Of a DNA stretch of 64,000 nucleotides, positions 1 to 12,182 are shown one piece after another (position 1 is the stretch's first letter; the number at the start of each line of letters is the position of its first letter). Under the pieces are notes generated by a model. The model made no database searches. It saw only the letters and a program-made list of their open reading frames with translations, and was not told the origin of the DNA. The position numbers and the translations under genes are program-made. Source of the stretch: Epithemia pelagica (taxonomy: Eukaryota; Protista; Bacillariophyta); the NCBI GenBank assembly GCA_946965045.2, contig OX337231.1, positions 1,240,001-1,304,000 of the forward strand. Reading direction: 5' to 3'.

Positions 1-3000
1 ACCAGGGGTTACGTTCATTCTTTTCGACAGTTGGTGCTTTCAGCTTTCCTTTACTTGTAGTTGGATCGGTCTTGTAAATTGCTTTCTTTCCATCTAGTCG
101 AACGTGACCGTTGTTCGCCTCGTTCACCAAATTACGCGCATCGGTTTCAATCGCTTCATACACAGAGTTGCAATCATCTTTCAAATGTGACGCTCGATCA
201 GGAAGAAGTGAGAGGCATTGGCTGTAAACCGTGTCGAAGAGCCTTCCCCCTTTCCCCCCATTTGGGAAACTATCAGGATTGATTCCTACCAAACGAGCCA
301 GTCGCTTAAAGTATGTTTCATTGCAGAGAACTCTGAAGCTGACAATCACAATATCTGCGTTAACAATCGCACCGATTGTAGCGTTGCCGATACTCTTCAT
401 GTCTTCAAGACAGACAACTCGCTTGGAAGCCCCCAAAAACTTCTTGACCTCGTCTGGCCATTGTCCCATCCTATAAAAGTCACGTGTTAGTGCCGTTCAT
501 ATGATACTTAATCTCGTGGTGCTCGTCTGGGCTACGTACAAGTGTCCTGGCACTATGACCAAGGTTGCTTTGGTCGGTATCAATTTTTCACAAGAACCTC
601 CAGGAGGTTTCGGGACGTCGCGTGCTGAATCAATCAAGCCCAATGTAATCGCAGTTTTACCATACCCAACCTGCAGCAAGCAAAGGGATTAGTGTCTGGT
701 AGCATTTCATCGGTACCAAAAGAAGCATTCACCAACTTACCTCATCTGGTTAAAGTAAGAGAGACATAAATGAAAGAGAGCATACCGTCGTGAGGTTCAT
801 ATGCATAAAGAAATTCTATAAACCACTCTTCGGACAATGTTCGTTGTATCAGCAATGCTCACACACTCACCTGCAATAATACCTCCTCTAACCAGTACAG
901 GGCGCTGCACGCGGCCTTCCGCTCTCCAGTTCAGACCTGGTAAAATCTCTTCTGTGACTTCTTCCTCGTAGAATGGTTCTGTTGATTCCTCTTGTCTTAG
1001 CATCCACTTCAGTGAACGCAACTGCTCGCGTCTTAATGGATACTTGATGAACTTGGGAGGCTGGAGGGCCTCATCATCCGATTTGTTGGAAGTAAAAGTT
1101 AGGGTTTCAAATCGAATCTTCGCTTGATCCACATGCGGCACGATTCGAAAATTGTACTCAATGTCGCTGTCAGGTGAGAAGTCGCGAGATGACTTTCGCA
1201 CGAGAGAGTTCCGCGGGAAGCATCCGTAGGCACGCTGTACCAAACTGAACACGTTGCAACCTATCGAGAGAGTTCTCAATTCTGGGGAGGTGCTTTCAGA
1301 CAATCGAGCCGACCATGGATTGGGGCGCTCCTTCAACATTCGTTCAAAAACTGCCGCCTGTCGGCCATCTTCCACTGGCAGGTAAAGACGTTGTTTCCCT
1401 TTTTCGACAATAGTCCACTGTGTAAATGGCCTCTCTGGGGAACACCGGCTACACAAAGCATCGTCCCCATCAGTCTGCTCCAATGAACTACGATCAAGGG
1501 TGATCCAACCTGAATCGGACTGCTTCTGATTAAGCGCATCCGGTATTGACAGACGAGACGTCAAGAACGCCAAACTCTCCAGAACGCCCTTAGATTTTGT
1601 CATGTTGAGTTCAAGGCAATCGTGCCTCAGACATGGACTGAGCATTTTGTTCACCTTGGAGACGGGAACAGTACATGTGATTATCTCTGCACATGACCTC
1701 CACCCTTCCATACTGAGTTTTACCTTTCCAGATGGATCTCCGATGGGTTTGGAAACGAGGGATGTAGTTGACCAGCCTTTTCGTTCCTTCGTACAAAGAC
1801 AGGAATCTAGTGCCTTCACCCACACGCCAGGAGTAGAAGCATGTGCAGTATTTTCGTATTCACTGTGATCGTTCATGTTGAAAAGGGGAGTAAAATCCGG
1901 ATTTATGTGGAGAATGTGATCTCGGTATTCATCATGAGAGGTTCGGTGGCAAGTGTGGGCTATCACATAGTGGTCAGACGCAGCCAATGATTTCCTGCCG
2001 CTCTCAATAAACAAAAACACAGGAGGACTACAATGGCCTTCCTTCTTCATCAGGGAGCCACATGCCCCACCACATTTAGGCAGGAGCCGGTAGGTGCCAC
2101 TAATTTTGTCCTCCAAGGCTTGGTCACTCTCGCTTTCCGGCACAACTGAGATTTCCAGTTTCGAGAACTGGCTTTCCGTCTCATATTGTGCTTTTAGTCC
2201 AAGCCTACTCCGCCAACTCGGAACGATCTCCCCAGTTCCACGTATAAATAGATTCAGCTTATTTGACGTCGGCAAGCACAGCTCCCAACTTCCCTGCGAA
2301 AGAAATCCAGCTTTCCCACCATCTGGAGGAGAAACGACAAGACGAGCAACGGGTTTTTGCAGCCAAGTTCGGAGAGGCCCTTGAACTAGTGGTGTTTTAG
2401 TGAAAAGAAACCATGTGACTCCGGACTGGTCCGTTCCATGGAACCGAACTTCTATTCGAGCCTTAGAAGAGTCCGAAACATAGTGGGCCGTCCATACGCG
2501 GGATCTCTCAAGTCGTGCAAATCGGAAGGTGCAAAGCGTACCATCCGGCTCGACAATCGATTCACCAACTTTCTCTGTCCATTCATTCCAAAATGACTCA
2601 TTGATTCCATTTGGCTTGGTCACCTTGTCAACATTGATGCCAGCTACAGCAACCAACATGGGCAAATACCGTGAGAGCTCCGGTCGAAACAATGTCGGTT
2701 GTTTCCGTGGTTGATCGAGGGATCTGGTCAATGGTACGAAGTCATGTTCTTCGTATCGACGAGGAGGAAACGCGTGATCACGGCTGCATGTTTCACCGCA
2801 CTCCCTGCATACAACCAACGACTCCGGTGGGAGAGTTTCGTTTTCTCCCTCGCTGAAACATAGTCGGGATGACCAGTGCGCATCTTCAAGTAGCTGCTTC
2901 CAATCTTCCACTTTGGCTGGTCCAAGATCCATTATTTCTTCCTCATACTTTCCAAAAACACGTTCGATAGCGATATCTGTGTTGGGTAGCTGAAGAGGCC

Positions 3001-6000
3001 TTGGAACAAGGCTCTGATAATCCGATAATTTCCCCTCGACTGAGCCCATGGATGACTTGCCGTTTTTTGAACCCAACTCGTTGTACCCTTGAAGAAGAGC
3101 ACAAAGAGTCACGGCTCCCACCACGGTTGTGGACATAGCGTTCCCGGCCAAGTCCTTGAGGTTTGCTTCGGACTCTTTGGTGAATAAGAGATCATCAGCA
3201 GGGATTCCCTGCAACAGCAACAATTCTTCTCCAACGAGAGGGCCTCCACGATTTGTGACATATGGCACACCAGTCGGTGTGAGGCACTGACACAATCCCA
3301 ACTGAACGAGTAGGCGTGAGCTGCAGTGGCACAAAAACCCGGTAAACGGTACTGTGACTTACCTTTCCCATTGTATCCCGGTCCACATTTTGAGAAAGAT
3401 TCCAAACCATGGTCTTATACGTGCTGTCAATCCCAGCTTTGGCAAGGCGAAGAGCATTGATGTCCATGAGATCATGAATGCGATGAACTTGAGCATTCGT
3501 CCACTATTTCAAGGAAAAACAAACATGGGGAACAAATTGAGCAAAGGCAGACATTAATTGAACATGGGGAAACACAACAAAGACATACCTCGTTCCACGC
3601 AAATGCGGGCATCACAGTGTTGGCCGAATCGGACCATCCGGTGAGTGGTCGTTTATCCCCCAATTCCTCGCTCGATCGTGCAAACTGGTGCCGAGTCTCA
3701 CACCGAGTCCAATCGGTACGGCCCGCTCGATCCCCCTCCATCGCATCGCTGTCGCAACTTTCGGTGGTCAACTTGGCTCGACCACGGAGAACGCGCGCAT
3801 CATCGTTCGGCAACATAAATGCATCTAACGATGCGGAGGCAGGACGCCGCAAATTGGACAACCCGTTGAGCCACCTCGAGGTCGCATCTTGATCGTTGCT
3901 CTTCTTTCCTGTGAAAAATCCACTAATGGAAGGCTTTTTGGGTTGTTTCACGGCGAACAGGTACCCTCGCATCCGTGTGTGCGGAATGTAATAATCCTTG
4001 GTGTCAATCCGTCGAAAGGTTGCGATGTAGCCGAGATCTTGAAAGATTTTCACTTTTTCTTCCCATGGGGCGCCCGAAACATTCTCGATAATCACAATTG
4101 GAGGTTGGGCCTTTTTAATCCAATTCACCATACCGTAAAATGTCTGACCAGATTCTCCCTTTTCATCAATTTTCTTTTTCTTATTGTTGAGATTGGAATA
4201 ATCGACGCACGATGTACCAGCGATAAGTACATCCACACAACCGAGTGAGTTGGGAACCTTGGCCAAGGCCCCATAGGCCGTATAGGCCTCCTCTTTGCCA
4301 AGTTCACGAATATCACGAAACAACAAGGGAGGACGGAAATTACGTTCAATATATGCTTGTTTGAATGGTTCGATTTCACAGGAGAACACGTGTTCAATGG
4401 GGAATACCAACAAGGATGCGTCGCTGCTTTCCGTATCCACTTTCAAATCCTGATGGAGACCAAACTCCACGCACACGTCTTCCAAGGACTTTTGCAGCAT
4501 GTCTAGGGCCAGAATGGGTGATTCTGTTCCACTGCACATGGTCGCCACTTTCAAAGGTCGGTCATGAAGGGCTTGCAGCATGGGCAGCAAAATCTTGCGA
4601 GCTCCTTGCTCTTGTTTGGATTTGTTGTCCAAGGAAACCGGTTTGGCATCCTTTTTCTTGTCTGGGTCTCGAAACGGATCGTCCAGGGAAATCAAGTGAT
4701 GAATCATGTCATCAAACATTTGTTGTGGATGAGACAAAACGGGAAGATCCAACCCTGCCGTGTACAAGGGTTTTTCGGGTTGTTTACCCCAGAGTCTCAA
4801 ATCACCAGTCTTGGAAGATCCCTTGACGCCCCCCTTGCGATCGTCCTCCACTTCTTTGGAATGTCGAGACACCAAAACGGGTACCTCACTGCTTTCAGCA
4901 GCTCTCAGGATTTCCTCCTCGGCATCGGAAGGAATTTCGCCGTCGTAGTCATAGACACTGGTTTTGGTCCAGTTGGTAGCCGAGGCTGGCAGTTTCCAGG
5001 AAGTTGGAGCCTGAGGGGTTGGATCTGTCTTGGGTGGTTTCTTTTGAGTAGTGCCTTTCTTTGGAGTTGAACCTTTCTTTGGTCTACTCGAGATGGTATT
5101 TCGTTTCCGTTTGGGTTTCTGTTCTTCCTCCTCCTCTTCTTCGTCTTCATAATCCAAGACATCGTCATCGTCGTCATCATCCTCTGCTTCATTTTTGTCT
5201 TCATTCCACTCATATTCCTCCTCATCGTTTCCTTCCACTCCCTCATCCTTGTCTTTTTCCTCGTCCTCGGATTCCTCGTTGTATCGCACGACTTTTCTGG
5301 ACCGTCTCCTGGAACTTCGAGGCGCATCCACATCCTCGTCTTGTGACTTGGTGGGGGTTTCCTCTTCCTCATTAGTGGGTTGCGATTCTGAGAAAGACAG
5401 TACCTTTTGAGTAGCACGGCTGCTCGACTTTCTTTTCCGTCTTCTCGATCCTTCCTGAGATATTTCCATATTGTCTTCCTCTTCTTCCTCCTCCTTGTCG
5501 TCGTCGTCGTCGTCATCCGTCCATTCGTCTTGCTCATCCTCCGACTCTTGAGCTTTCCCTGTTCGAGGTCGTTTCTTGGAACTCTTGGAGGCACTGCCAC
5601 GAGTTTCGGAAGGCGACGGACTTTCGGAAATGGTCGAGGTTTCCATGGGAACAATCTCGTCGTCATGGTCCTCCTCCTCGGTCGCGAGGCAGGAGGTTAT
5701 GGTCCGTGCGGCTCGGGACGGCGAAGTCCGACGACTGTCCTTCTTTTCAACGACATGAGTTTGGTAATTGCCATGAGCTTGCCATACTTCCTTGTGATCC
5801 ATATCTTCTTGATCACCATCGTCGTATCGAATCGAATAGAGTGCCACATCTTCCATGACAGTGGTCACTTTACCTAGGTACCAACCAGCCTGACTGCGTT
5901 CTCCATTTTCCAAAATGACAGAGGCAAAGTACTTGCGCACCGGCGTTCCCACCGGAAACAAGCCTTGAGGTGGTTCCGACAACGTCTTTTTTCCAGAACT

Positions 6001-6105
6001 TTGTGACCACACCAAGGTCGATTGGCGCCGTTGCTTCCCACTGCCCGTCGACAAGGAAACTCGTTTCCTCTTGAAGCTTCCTGGAGGTCGCTTGTGTCGA
6101 ACCAT
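1..6105 (-). CDS. DNMT5: DNMT5-type C5-cytosine DNA methyltransferase with N-terminal Tudor-like domain and C-terminal SNF2 ATPase; runs off the left edge
   Basis: Methyltransferase motifs KVATMCSGTES, FSCEIEPFK, GTSCVDYS, IENV and LAGNAMS; SNF2 motifs PLRREQLRSLKWM, GGIIADEVGYGKT and LVIVPGHLMGQWPDE. Hand-spliced exons (all GT-AG, frame kept): 6105-3589, 3503-3363, 3301-871, 745-741, 670-540, 470-<1, open to the edge. Confidence 0.92.
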
Positions 6106-6761
6106 GATTTGTTCTTGTGGTTGTCAACTCCTCTACCTACAACAACTCTGGAGTAACACAATGATGAGAGGGAGAGACACCACCTTCCTAACAACCGGCG
6201 CCGTCTCGTTTCTTGCTGCCAAAGAAATGTGGCGGGCAAGCCGCGAGCGCGCACGACGCGCGCTGATCGACGTTCGCCTGGCGTACCATGGACGCCAGCG
6301 ATTCTGATTCGTGGATCGGGACAAGTCTACCTTCTCCAATAGACTACTACTCCTACCTGTAGGAGTTACTCCTAGAGGAGTACCCACCTTGATATTGGCA
6401 ACTGGCAACAGGACAAAACAAACACACAAGAGATGATCACGATTTTCATATCACGACGTGATGAAATGGGCATCACGTGGGAAACCTGCCGTAGTAGGGT
6501 GACCATGTGCCTTCTGTCTTGCGTGCTGGATTGACCGGGTTGCTTGAGAGTTGCGCTTGTGCATCTCATGCGTTGCTTTCCCCTGGGGCGTGATTGCATT
6601 CCTTCTAGAGAGAGGGGCATCTTTTGGTTTGGAAAGGACCGTATCTTCATCCGAATCAGGCGAGGAGAAATGTGCCTCCAGCTCCCATGCTTCGAGAGAA
6701 GAGGCAGAAAAGTAAACATCCAGTAATGATAAACATTCCTAGAGAGGAGTAACAGAATATG

Positions 6762-6798
6762 CACATCGATTCCATGGACCACACATCGATTCCATGGA
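6762..6798. repeat. 17-bp direct repeat CACATCGATTCCATGGA x2 (period 20)
   Basis: Copies at 6762-6778 and 6782-6798, between the divergent DNMT5 and 7047 genes. Confidence 0.85.
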
Positions 6799-7046
6799 AC
6801 ATCTATCTAGTTTGGTAGTCCAGATTTTTCCACCATTGGTGTTCTTGCGTAGGGCAAGGTGGGAGTCGTTTGGTTTTTTACGAAGTCCAAACTCCAAGAG
6901 CTACCCCTACTCTATGCAGTACGAGGTACATACATAGCAAGGATAGCTGTTTTGGGAGTTACAGCGAGCCAGTCAGACCACAGACGAGCTAGTGTTTCTA
7001 TAACGGTATACGTTATTCGTCTGGTCGAGCACAAACAAGAACGACC

Positions 7047-8837
7047 ATGGCGCCATCAACAACTATTGGTCTCCCATTCAAATTCGGCAGGATGCAACAA
7101 CCACAACAACAACAAGGACCGGAACCATCACCACCCGGGCCATGTACACAACACGAAATGACTACCGTGAACCAGAGCCCTGAGATCCAACCGTCCGATC
7201 GCAATGGCAGGACAAGACGAAGAAGGAGAACCTATGCTGGTGCATTCCTGGTCACATCGGCATTTTTGGTGGTTGCGACAACAACCACGGGAAGGAATCC
7301 ACACGATGCGCATGGCAGAAACGGCAACATTCGTAGGACTAGACTGGCCCCCGTTTGGTCGTTTCAACACTGGGTCGATCCAATTCCTTCTTCGTCTGGT
7401 AGTTTGAGTGTGACAGAGGCCACTGCCAATCGACTTTGGGAACCACCACAAGAACAATCACTACGACGACACCTTCAGAACACTACGAGTAGTTCCTACT
7501 ACTATTCGAACAACACGAACCAGTCTATTACAGTCGCTCAAGCCAATTCCCATTCGTATTCCGATTATGTCGGTTATCACAAACGTGACATTCCTTCCTG
7601 GTCTCAACCCAACAATTCGTCCTTGACGGGGTCCAATGCTCCCTTGGCCGGTCCCGTCAGTTATTGGAAGGCCACGCGCAACAAAAGTAACAACGATCCC
7701 GACGGTGTCTTGTTGGAAACTACGGACTTGTCCGATGTCTTTTTTTACCTCGCCTTGGCCGTGACATGGCTCGTGTGGTTGCTCAAATCGTTTGTCAAGA
7801 GCGATTGGTTGCGCTATACACAAGGCTCGATGCTCGTCCGCGGTCATGTCTTGCATGTGACACGCGACGAGGAAGGTTCGAATGGCATTCCCACCTACAA
7901 GGCCGTGGTGGATTACTTTGTGGGAGAAGATGGTGACAATCAAATTCAAATTCGCAAAGAATTTGAAACGCAAACGCATTTGGAACAAGGCTTTGGCAAT
8001 GTGGAGTTGCTTGTGTTGAGTGATGAACCCACATCGAGCGTTCTCAAGGAGGATTGGAAGAACAAATTGGAAGAAATGGAAGAAGACTATTTCCAACGCA
8101 ATACCATGGATACGAGAGATGGGTGCTGTTGGATGATCCCCAATAGTTGGTGGAAACGAGTCTGGGTTTGCTTTTTGGCTATTTTGGTACTCTGCAGTTT
8201 GGCCGGCAGTATGGTAGCCGCTCGATTTTTGCCCAAACATTTGCGATTGTTGGGATGGTGGATTGTCTTTATTTCGACTGTTTGTTTAATTCCAGTGGCC
8301 ATTGCCTTGCGCATGGCTCTCACCTTGCTGGAACGGTACTTTCAAGTGCGGAATGGCATTATTGTACAACGACAACAAGGCCGTGACCAGGTACTGTCGT
8401 CGGCTGGACCTGCCTCCGCTTCCACAACACAAATCAACCCCAACAATTTGTTGGGCGGCGACATGGAAAATCGATCCGCCGCCAACTCTTCGGCCAATTA
8501 TTGCGATCCCTTTGCCATGTTGGATACCAATCCTTGTAACGAAACAGCCGCCTTTTCCTTGGCGCATTCCCGACAAATTGAAATGTCCGCCACCAATGTG
8601 GATGAAACCGCGGGGTGTTATGTGATTCGCATGACTCCCATGGCTCGGGAACATTCCAATGTGAGTGATGTGAGTAGTTTGTCGCTCAAGGATGCCCCTC
8701 CGGGCACGGGACTTTCATCCGGATCCTCGTCGGCGGCGGCCGCTGCCGCGACGGCAGCAACCACGCCCACCACGGCTCCCACCACCATGGGACCGCCCTC
8801 GATGCAACAACGACATTGGAATCCAGACATGAGCTAA
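7047..8837 (+). CDS. Multi-pass membrane protein of unknown function (DUF3592-like architecture possible)
   Basis: 596-aa ORF with about four hydrophobic segments flanking a beta-rich loop (VRGHVLHV...TYKAVVDY) and low-complexity termini. Confidence 0.7.
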   Translation: MAPSTTIGLPFKFGRMQQPQQQQGPEPSPPGPCTQHEMTTVNQSPEIQPSDRNGRTRRRRRTYAGAFLVTSAFLVVATTTTGRNPHDAHGRNGNIRRTRLAPVWSFQHWVDPIPSSSGSLSVTEATANRLWEPPQEQSLRRHLQNTTSSSYYYSNNTNQSITVAQANSHSYSDYVGYHKRDIPSWSQPNNSSLTGSNAPLAGPVSYWKATRNKSNNDPDGVLLETTDLSDVFFYLALAVTWLVWLLKSFVKSDWLRYTQGSMLVRGHVLHVTRDEEGSNGIPTYKAVVDYFVGEDGDNQIQIRKEFETQTHLEQGFGNVELLVLSDEPTSSVLKEDWKNKLEEMEEDYFQRNTMDTRDGCCWMIPNSWWKRVWVCFLAILVLCSLAGSMVAARFLPKHLRLLGWWIVFISTVCLIPVAIALRMALTLLERYFQVRNGIIVQRQQGRDQVLSSAGPASASTTQINPNNLLGGDMENRSAANSSANYCDPFAMLDTNPCNETAAFSLAHSRQIEMSATNVDETAGCYVIRMTPMAREHSNVSDVSSLSLKDAPPGTGLSSGSSSAAAAAATAATTPTTAPTTMGPPSMQQRHWNPDMS

Positions 8838-10291
8838 GAGTGTCTGTGTCATGGGTTCAAGGAAAGGACGCCTTGTTCTAGATTGGCATAGGTAGTTTCG
8901 TGGGTTTTGACGCGAAGCACTGTTTGGTTGTTGCGGGTTATGACGAGGACACCTGTCGCGGAGCCATTCCTTCGATTATTACTACGCCTAGAGGTAGTTG
9001 CGTCAGAGTTACAATCTTTCTCTCCAAACCCAACTTTTAGACATTTTGTTTGGCTAGTCTTTGTCGGGTGACCACCCATTCTTCCACTAGCTCGGAAGAT
9101 CCCCGTTTGGTCTGATGCATTCGTGTCGACGGTAGAGGCATGCTCTAGCTAGAAGAGTGGAACGAGGAACAAAGAGTCCGTATATATAGTCATTCTTGTG
9201 GGTAGAGGTAGAAACCACATACATGTGCAGTCGACGACGAAACCGCAACGGAATAGCTTTGTCGCACAAGAGCACAAGCTAGAATTGGGCGCGACTACCA
9301 ATCGTAGACCAGGTCGTCGGTCCCAACAAGGCCCCGAACGAGTGAGTCAGAGCGCCAATGTGCAGTGCCGCTGCAGTCATGGCAGCGTCGCTCCTCCTCA
9401 CTCCTCTCACCCATGCAGTCATTCGTGGTCATTAACGAGATACTGTGTTGAGTTTTGATGGTTTTGTCCCCGACTACACAGCAGAGGTGGCAGATGGCAG
9501 AGGGTCTCTTGCTCTGTCGTCGTTCCATATAATATTGATAATTGATATAGAGAGACATTTCAATTTTCAATCCAATATTCTTTTTGTTATACCCGGCATG
9601 ATGCATTTGATGGCGAAGATGAATGGATGATGTGTCTGCGACTGCGATGGCAGCCAGCATCGTCTGCGTTGTCTGTCGTGGTTGTTCGCTGCATGTCGTG
9701 GGGTGGTCCAAACGTCTGTCGAATGTCGTTCGACAGCCGATCTGTTAAATCATGAGGTGGTGTCGTCGTGTTCCACGTAAGACTGAGAGTGAATTATCTG
9801 GTTTGTGTACACATTGTGGATATAGTAAGTGTTCTCTCCGCGCCAGCCGGATTCACGCCATTGCCACATCGCCTTCTCACTTTTCGGCGCAAGAGGAAGA
9901 TGAGAACATGAGTCAGACTACTCTCTCGTCAAATCTGCTCGCCTCCAACAACACGCAACAAGACCACCCAAGTGGCAGCGAATCGGTATCGGCGGATTCT
10001 AACTCAGCGCCACCGTCGCTGCCTCTCGTGTTTCAGTGCAGAGAGAAATGCCTATTGAGTGAATCATTCGCGCAAGTCGTCTTATTATCCAATTGTGTTT
10101 AAATTGTCACGTTTGTCATCAACGAGGCAAACAATTGTTGTTGGATCGGAGCCTTCATAATCATTATCCCTGCTGCAATTGTTTTCACAACCACATTGAT
10201 ATCTTGACGCTCCTGCTCTCTGTGCAGGACTGTAATTGCTACCACCATTTCCCCTCCAACCGATTCTCGTAGTGCTTCGCGAAAGCATACA

Positions 10292-11890
10292 TTGGTGGTG
10301 TTGGAACGCGAATCAACCATGTCGTCCAATTCTTCTTCGCTCTCCAATGATGCGTGTGGAGTGTCCAAAAAAACCAAACGAGAAGGTCGTTCCGTGTTGG
10401 AATTTGCGACCGTGGAGGATGTGGAACAAGCCCTGCGTGAACAACAACAACAATCCGGAACAAGTCACTGGCTCTTGCCGGCGAGCAGTCTAAGATCCCA
10501 CTCGGATTCGTATCGACCCCAAGATGCCAAAACAGAAGCCAAACGATTGGCGGTCCTCAAAGAATACTTGATTTTGGAAACCGGTGTGGAACTTCCCTTT
10601 GACAAGGTGGCCGAAAAGGTGGCGACCCGATTTGGTGTGTCCTGGGCCATGATTAGTTTGGTTGATATGGGCCGCTTGTGGTTCAAATCCTTGCATCAAA
10701 AAGATTTGGGTGTGTCGGAAACTCCTCGGGAATACGCCTTTTGCGCTCATGCCATTCAACAAGAGGACGACTCGGCCGTCTTTGAAGTCTGCCATGCCCG
10801 TTCCGACGATCGCTTTTCGCAGTATTCGCTCGTTCAAAATCCACCCGGTGTGCAATACTATGCCGGTGTGCCCCTGACGGTTCCCGAAGGTGTCTGTGTG
10901 GGAACTCTGTGTTTGATGGATCGGCATCCACGGCCACAAGGACTGACGGCCGCCGAACGACAAGAACTCCAAACCATTGCTGTGCAAGTCGTCGATGTCT
11001 TGGTGAAACGCAAAAATGCCTTGCAGGGCTTTCATCGACGCAAGGCGCCCAAGTCTCCCATTCGAAACACGCCTGTTGTTGCTCCAGCAATATCGCCCCG
11101 CAGCTCGAGCAGTAAGCACACTATCAATCTTCCACAAGGTGAAAAACAAGACGAAGGAAACAAGATGGAAAAAGGCAAGGATCGTCAAGTCCAATCAGTC
11201 GCAGAAGCCAAGAAATCGAAATCGGAACGAGAGTCATCCTCATCTTCCGCCGAGTTAATTCCAAGACCGATGCATTCCGTGATTCTTCCCGACCCCAAGA
11301 CCGAAGGCGTCGATCCCGATACGTATCTGTCGCAGCTGGTACAAGCCATGTACGGTACCAAGTTGGTCCTGAGAACGGCACTGGAACTGGGCCATTTCTT
11401 TCCTCAAATAACGGACGAACAAATGAATGCCTACAGCATGGAGGTGGTTTCGGTCGCCCGTGCCAACAACACACAAGGTCTACAAGAGATCTTAGACAAG
11501 CGAGGACGAGAAGCCTTGGATTGTTTTAATCGATTTGGGGAAGGATTGCTCAATCTCTGTTGTCGTCGTGGCTTTACGCAAAGTGTCAAGTTTTTGCTCT
11601 CGGATCCTGTCCGTTTGAGTGTTCGGGTCCGAGATGACTATGGCCGGACGCCCTTGCACGATGCCTGTTGGAATCCGGAACCTCAACTGGAAATTTGTGA
11701 GTACGTGATTGAACAAGATCCCTCCTTGTTCTTTGTGACCGACAAGCGTGGCTATACACCCTTTCAGTATGCTCGAAATACCGACTGGCCCCTGTGGCGT
11801 CAGTTTTTGTTGGATCGACGCCACTTGTTGGCTCCCTTGTCCCAACCCGAAATTCGCAATCACTTTACGAAACGGGACGATGAACTCTAG
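10292..11890 (+). CDS. GAF domain plus C-terminal ankyrin-repeat protein
   Basis: GAF signature EAKRLAVLKEY...PREYAFCAHAI...YYAGVPL...GTLCLMD; ankyrin motifs DDYGRTPLHDAC and DKRGYTPFQYA. Confidence 0.88.
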   Translation: MVVLERESTMSSNSSSLSNDACGVSKKTKREGRSVLEFATVEDVEQALREQQQQSGTSHWLLPASSLRSHSDSYRPQDAKTEAKRLAVLKEYLILETGVELPFDKVAEKVATRFGVSWAMISLVDMGRLWFKSLHQKDLGVSETPREYAFCAHAIQQEDDSAVFEVCHARSDDRFSQYSLVQNPPGVQYYAGVPLTVPEGVCVGTLCLMDRHPRPQGLTAAERQELQTIAVQVVDVLVKRKNALQGFHRRKAPKSPIRNTPVVAPAISPRSSSSKHTINLPQGEKQDEGNKMEKGKDRQVQSVAEAKKSKSERESSSSSAELIPRPMHSVILPDPKTEGVDPDTYLSQLVQAMYGTKLVLRTALELGHFFPQITDEQMNAYSMEVVSVARANNTQGLQEILDKRGREALDCFNRFGEGLLNLCCRRGFTQSVKFLLSDPVRLSVRVRDDYGRTPLHDACWNPEPQLEICEYVIEQDPSLFFVTDKRGYTPFQYARNTDWPLWRQFLLDRRHLLAPLSQPEIRNHFTKRDDEL

Positions 11891-12182
11891 AAAAAGCAAA
11901 CATGGGAGCGCTATCATTTCGCGAATCGCCGGCCTCTTGTACCTACATTACTACTGCTTAGATCCCCCTTTCATTTACACTTACTACTCTTTGTTACGAA
12001 TATGTTATCACCACAAAGTTAACCTTTCGGCCGAATAGAATGCCAGGAGTAACTTTTTTGCCAATGCCTTCTTCCCTACTCATTCACCAATCCGATCCTC
12101 TCCCCAACCTTCCAAGCCTTGACTACGTCCATCTCCTTTCACGACCTCACCCAACACTCGCACTTTAATGTCTCGCTCCAAA

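Noticed and set aside
4905-5877. Long overlapping ORFs within the acidic DNMT5 linker
   Set aside because: Shadow frames of low-complexity GAA/GAC-rich coding sequence.
6229-6270. E2F-like site and GCGCGC hairpin upstream of DNMT5 (similar motifs near 50700 and in the LTR)
   Set aside because: Short, mostly imperfect matches expected by chance at this GC content.
9752-10102. Upstream ORF or extra exon for the GAF-ankyrin gene
   Set aside because: No motifs or convincing splice connection.
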